Shown in pieces: positions 26,190-30,155 of a stretch of 30,155 nucleotides of DNA. Each line of letters starts with the position of its first letter. Within the stretch, counting starts at the first letter, position 1. The translations under genes were made by a program, and so were the position numbers. A model generated the notes under the pieces. That model was given only the letters and a program-made list of their open reading frames with translations, was not told where the DNA came from and made no database searches. The stretch is from a virus (taxonomy: Duplodnaviria; Caudoviricetes). The stretch lies in IMG/VR virus record IMGVR_UViG_3300033562_000743, positions 1 to 30,155 of that record. The stretch is one strand, 5' to 3'.

Positions 26190-26252
26190 TTTATTTCTCT
26201 CCATTAGGATCACATGGCTTTTGCCAAGAATAGAGGAGGATATACCTCCCCC

Positions 26253-26268
26253 TATTAAATCATAATGT
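26253..26268 (-). promoter_or_regulatory. Putative late promoter, copy 3 (ACATTATGATTTAATA)
   Basis: Identical 16-mer 4 nt after the portal stop, upstream of scaffold and coat. Confidence 0.75.
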
Positions 26269-26272
26269 GGGC

Positions 26273-28183
26273 TTATGAAAATTTACTAGCAGTAAATAAT
26301 GGCACTTCAATTTGCTGTGCTTGTCTGCGAGTTTCTTCACGGTCTTTCTGTAACTCCACCATCATTTCTTGTGTGTGTTGTTCAGCATCAAGTTGTCTGT
26401 CCTTGTCAGCTTCATTCACATCAACTTGAACCTTGAGTCCTTTTGCTTGCATTTCCATGATAAACTTCTCACGTTCCCATGCAAGTTCCATCGCCTTGAT
26501 TCTTTCTTGTGATTGTATCTTCTGTTGATTTTCAATCATGGATGCACGTGAATCATTTTCCATTTCAAACAAGGACTGTTGCAACATAGCAATGTTCTTA
26601 TTCATCTCAGTCATCTGAACCTGTGCCTGTGCCAACTGCTGATCTTTCTGCATCATCATCTGCTGCATAGCTGGATCAACTGGAGCTTCCTGTGGAATAA
26701 TCGCTTGTAAAATTTCCTGTTTATTTTCAGGTGGTATATCCAAATTCTTGATTATTACTGGAGTTACTTTACTTGCTGGATTTTTAGCCAATAAATTATC
26801 CACAGCAATCAACTGTGCAACTGTCTTCTGTTGCTGTGAAGCAACGATAGGCCCACTATCAACAACAACATAGTAAGGAGTAGTGTCACTTACAGCTTCC
26901 AATACTTGATTATTATATACACGCTCTACATCAAACAATAAAGGAACCCACATCAAGATAACATCACCGATGGCTTCCATACCTTCACACAATGATTTAA
27001 TGTAACGATTTGCTGTTGCTTCACTGATCGATTTACGCAAGAGTACACTAACTTCTGTTTCGTTTTTTGGTGGCTCACCTGTAGCTGCACCCAAAATAGA
27101 TGAGACCATTTGTGTCATCGATGACACACCAGCTAATAAGTCACTATTATCACGGTTGTCAGGGAATGGAACTGGAGCTGGTATTGGATTACCAGCTTCA
27201 TCAGTAGCATTATATGAAGCGTATACCAGTGGACTTTTATTTATATTATCCCACTCTTGTTTCTTTCCTGTAATTGAACGACTATCAAGAAGTAACTTTG
27301 CAGTAGGAGCACTAGCGATGCGTTCAGCATGTAGTGACATCTGGTAGTTAATTACACGAAGTAGATCATATACGAACCAGTAAGCACCACGAAAATGCCA
27401 TTGTTCAGTGGATGGCATCCACACTTTCTCACCACTAATACGGATGATGGGCAAACGGGTCATTCCAGCCAATATGACAGGTTCCTCAACCACTTTACCA
27501 TGACAAATCTTACTCACTTGTACACCATCGTCAACTAATTCATATACAGTGGCGACAGTGGTATAATTAGTGGTGTCTTTAACCATGTTGTATTTAGCAA
27601 AAGGATCTGAAGCACTACGTAATGCCATTTTATTTATACCATATGCCTTCTCTGCTTTAGTTTTTTTAATAACCGAGCAGTATACAGCCATTTCACAGTC
27701 AGCACCTGTAGGTTCTTCACAGTCATCCATGAATATACGGTCGCTATCAAGTATTATTGGTAGAGGATATTGACTATTAGTTTCTGGATTATCAACTTCA
27801 TTAGTTACCAGCACATATGCATAGCCATCATTCAATACTGATTCAAGTAAGTTTGCTGCAATGTCAGTGAAATCACATTTACTTTGTACATAATCCATTA
27901 CAGAATTTATTGGCGTGGCGTTATTACCATCATAACGCTTAACGCCGATACCGAATGGGTTAGATGTGTAGCTACTAATAACGGTATTTATCCAAGGACG
28001 AAGTACATTAGCAGTTATTTTTGCTCTGTTCTCGCCTCTGATTTCATCATCTACCTCACTGAAACCAAAACCACTTGACAGTGATCGACTCATCTTTAAG
28101 TCATCACGATCACGAGTAATAACGGTTGCCTTGCGATCAAGGAAATCAGTTACTTTACTTACTATATCTTCATTTTCTGTCAT
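26273..28183 (-). CDS. Portal protein, P22-like
   Basis: 636 aa after TerL, with RAKITANVLRPWIN, LPIIRISGE and INYQMS...IASAP motifs and a long Gln-rich C-terminal coiled-coil barrel. Confidence 0.88.
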   Translation of the reverse strand: MTENEDIVSKVTDFLDRKATVITRDRDDLKMSRSLSSGFGFSEVDDEIRGENRAKITANVLRPWINTVISSYTSNPFGIGVKRYDGNNATPINSVMDYVQSKCDFTDIAANLLESVLNDGYAYVLVTNEVDNPETNSQYPLPIILDSDRIFMDDCEEPTGADCEMAVYCSVIKKTKAEKAYGINKMALRSASDPFAKYNMVKDTTNYTTVATVYELVDDGVQVSKICHGKVVEEPVILAGMTRLPIIRISGEKVWMPSTEQWHFRGAYWFVYDLLRVINYQMSLHAERIASAPTAKLLLDSRSITGKKQEWDNINKSPLVYASYNATDEAGNPIPAPVPFPDNRDNSDLLAGVSSMTQMVSSILGAATGEPPKNETEVSVLLRKSISEATANRYIKSLCEGMEAIGDVILMWVPLLFDVERVYNNQVLEAVSDTTPYYVVVDSGPIVASQQQKTVAQLIAVDNLLAKNPASKVTPVIIKNLDIPPENKQEILQAIIPQEAPVDPAMQQMMMQKDQQLAQAQVQMTEMNKNIAMLQQSLFEMENDSRASMIENQQKIQSQERIKAMELAWEREKFIMEMQAKGLKVQVDVNEADKDRQLDAEQHTQEMMVELQKDREETRRQAQQIEVPLFTASKFS

Positions 28184-28185
28184 AT

Positions 28186-29484
28186 TTATTTCCTATTGTT
28201 AAATATTGGAGTTTTCATAGCCAATGCTGTTTGTCTTGTATCATATTCACGTTGTTTAGCAACTGATTCAGCGTCAACTGAAGCGGCTAGACATATACTA
28301 TCTAGAATATCGGGTGAACAACCGACCTTAGACTTAATTTCTGCTTTAGGTATCAACTTAAAGTCACGATTATTATTTATACCATATTCAGTTGCAAAGA
28401 ATTGTTTCTGAATTTGTTTGACAACATTAGGATCTAATCGTGGAGATAGAACTAAACCTAAACCAATCTTCTTTTTTAAATCAAAATGTATTTCGTCTCT
28501 ACGTAGAGCATAACCTTTTTTGTTAGCCTTACCGCCAAAGTTCACGCCTATCACGGTTGCATTAGGCCATATTTTCTTGAATTCTGCTGGAGCAAATGTA
28601 CCTATTCCAGTGCTGTCAATTACAATATAGTTTGGTTGTACACCACCTAATGTTATGCGACATAAATCAATGAGACTTGATATGTCAGTTGTTGTTTTTT
28701 TAGCAACAATATTAATTATCTCACTTCCTCGAATTAATGTACATGCACTATCATCACCACCAGCAGCCACATCGATACCAACAACAACTTGTGAACCCAT
28801 ACCACCAGCTTTACTGGTAAATTTATTCCATTCGTCTTGATTGAATACAGATGCTGAATCATTATCTACAAACTCACCATCAAGTTCCTGTAATCCAAAG
28901 TCATTACTATATAATTCAGTTAATTCTTCATAAAATGAATCATCTAGTTTGTAGTTGTCTGTTGTTTTTGCTCTAATTAAGTTAGTGCTGTCTTTAAATG
29001 ATATATCATAAACCCAGTTACCTTTGCCACGTGGAGTTCCTACAAGATATGTACGTGGATTTCTGACATGTTCACCACGAAGACATGCCTTTGCTATAAG
29101 AAATATGTTATGATCTACAGTAGCTGCCTCATCAACAATTAAAAATGATAAGTTAGTACGACCACGAATACCATTTTCTGTCTCTGCTGATCTATAATAT
29201 AATTTAGCACAATTTCGTGTTAATGTAATTGTATGTTCTGATTTATTATGTTTAAATTTTATTTTTGCTTCAGTTAAATTATCTATTATATATGCAACAA
29301 TAACATCACGAATATCAGAAAATATAGGCCCTATAAGCATACCACTACAACCTGCTCTCAATTCTTTGACAGCAACCCATGCAGCTACGAAGCTCTTTCC
29401 ACTGCCTCTCCCACCCACCATCACTGTAGTACGTGAGGTAGAAGTCACAAATGTGTATTGATGTGGTAATAATTTAATCTTCAT
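28186..29484 (-). CDS. terL: Terminase large subunit
   Basis: LLPHQ, Walker A GGRGSGKS, Walker B LIVDEA, motif III GTPRG, RNase H VGIDVA..GDD, IDSTGIG and SPDILDS. Confidence 0.95.
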   Translation of the reverse strand: MKIKLLPHQYTFVTSTSRTTVMVGGRGSGKSFVAAWVAVKELRAGCSGMLIGPIFSDIRDVIVAYIIDNLTEAKIKFKHNKSEHTITLTRNCAKLYYRSAETENGIRGRTNLSFLIVDEAATVDHNIFLIAKACLRGEHVRNPRTYLVGTPRGKGNWVYDISFKDSTNLIRAKTTDNYKLDDSFYEELTELYSNDFGLQELDGEFVDNDSASVFNQDEWNKFTSKAGGMGSQVVVGIDVAAGGDDSACTLIRGSEIINIVAKKTTTDISSLIDLCRITLGGVQPNYIVIDSTGIGTFAPAEFKKIWPNATVIGVNFGGKANKKGYALRRDEIHFDLKKKIGLGLVLSPRLDPNVVKQIQKQFFATEYGINNNRDFKLIPKAEIKSKVGCSPDILDSICLAASVDAESVAKQREYDTRQTALAMKTPIFNNRK

Positions 29485-30061
29485 CGTCTAATCTATATCC
29501 GTAATCCCAATCCCATATTTCAGGTGAGAACTTAATCTGGTATTCTTCTGCCTCATCTTCTGTGAGTACATCTAATCTGTTAGTTAAACTAACAAACTCA
29601 TTATTATGTCGTCTTTGATAATATTTATTTTTAGTTCCTGTGACATCACCATAATATTTGTATATCGTTTGTTTCTTAATCCTGTTCAACAGGTTAAGTA
29701 TTGAATTGAATGGAGAATCAGTTTTCATTTTTATCTTATGAAACCCAGCAAACATTAATAGAATAGAATCGTGCATATCTTCAGCCAACAATCCATCAAT
29801 ATCCCCTGCTCTATATTTTATCCAATAACAATATATGTACATCAATATGTGTGCCATTTCTGGTGTGACTGCACCATTAGCAAGTGTTTTATCGTATTCT
29901 TGCCATATATAATCTTTGTTTATTTCAACATCTGTGCTATTTTTATAAGAATGGGCATTGGGTGCACCAAAAATCTTAACCCATCCTCTTGCTGTATATT
30001 TATATGGCTTCCCTATTAATTCAGCTAATGTTTCAGATGGCAAAATTAATTCAATATTCAT
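29474..30061 (-). CDS. Putative phage sigma factor, T4 gp55-like (sigma region 2 only)
   Basis: INKDYIWQEY...GAVTPEMAHILM...AEDMHDSILLMFAGFHKI...DSPFNSILNLLNRIKK resembles the gp55 family pattern by eye. It is 195 aa with an acidic/aromatic C-tail. The CDS is secure; the function is inferred. Confidence 0.55.
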   Translation of the reverse strand: MNIELILPSETLAELIGKPYKYTARGWVKIFGAPNAHSYKNSTDVEINKDYIWQEYDKTLANGAVTPEMAHILMYIYCYWIKYRAGDIDGLLAEDMHDSILLMFAGFHKIKMKTDSPFNSILNLLNRIKKQTIYKYYGDVTGTKNKYYQRRHNNEFVSLTNRLDVLTEDEAEEYQIKFSPEIWDWDYGYRLDDED

Positions 30062-30155
30062 ATTATCCGTTATATGCTCTTATATATAGTATATATCTTT
30101 TATGTCACAATCATGGATTAATTATTTTTAATTTACTCGGACGTTCTGCACTGAA
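30015..30155. repeat. Terminal direct repeat, right copy (circular assembly overlap)
   Basis: Identical to 1-141. Confidence 0.97.

Noticed and set aside
29474-29545. QIKF / aromatic-acidic tail of the sigma-like protein as a sliding-clamp binding motif
   Set aside because: The idea is attractive by analogy with the gp55 clamp-binding tail, but the match to QL(S/D)LF is too weak to claim without homologue conservation.
14-30019. Numerous short antisense or alternate-frame ORFs in the track (e.g. 14..268, 3377..3757, 6680..7060, 18198..18683, 22188..22640, 29771..30019)
   Set aside because: They are shadows of longer genes with recognisable motifs and lack RBS or operon context.
30015-30155. 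141-bp terminal repeat as a biological DTR or att site
   Set aside because: It cuts through a gene and its length equals a common assembler maximum k-mer (141), so a circular assembly overlap is the best explanation.
1-30155. Stop-codon reassignment
   Set aside because: Genes are full length and densely packed under the standard bacterial code. TAA and TGA both end well-supported genes, TAG ends the 15517..15741 ORF, and I recognised no suppressor tRNA.

Overview
The window is an apparently complete, circularly permuted genome of an AT-rich P22-like podovirus. Bases 1-141 equal 30015-30155, so the unit length is 30,014 bp. A plus-strand early/replication arm (10.2-16.3 kb) encodes a degenerate NUMOD4-HNH protein, an SF3 (D5-like) helicase, an AEP primase, an SSB, two ribbon-helix-helix proteins, a lipoprotein and small ORFs, driven by sigma70-type promoters with a TATATT -10 box. 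A long minus-strand arm runs across the circular junction: RusA, tailspike, tail fibre, lysis genes, a sigma-like gene, TerL, portal, scaffold, coat, adaptor, TerS-like protein, gp10-like hub and four ejection proteins. A repeat-rich putative origin lies at the divergence point (about 9.75-10.15 kb). I could not recognise an integrase, DNA polymerase, RNA polymerase, CRISPR array or RT. The most notable observation is a candidate minimal late-transcription system. A 195-aa protein resembling the T4 gp55 late sigma factor sits in the slot where TerS usually lies. An identical 16-bp motif (ACATTATGATTTAATA, minus strand) precedes three structural transcription units; each copy is followed by a covarying GGG-initiated hairpin and two copies abut an intrinsic terminator. 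All protein calls come from motif recognition by eye, with no database searches.
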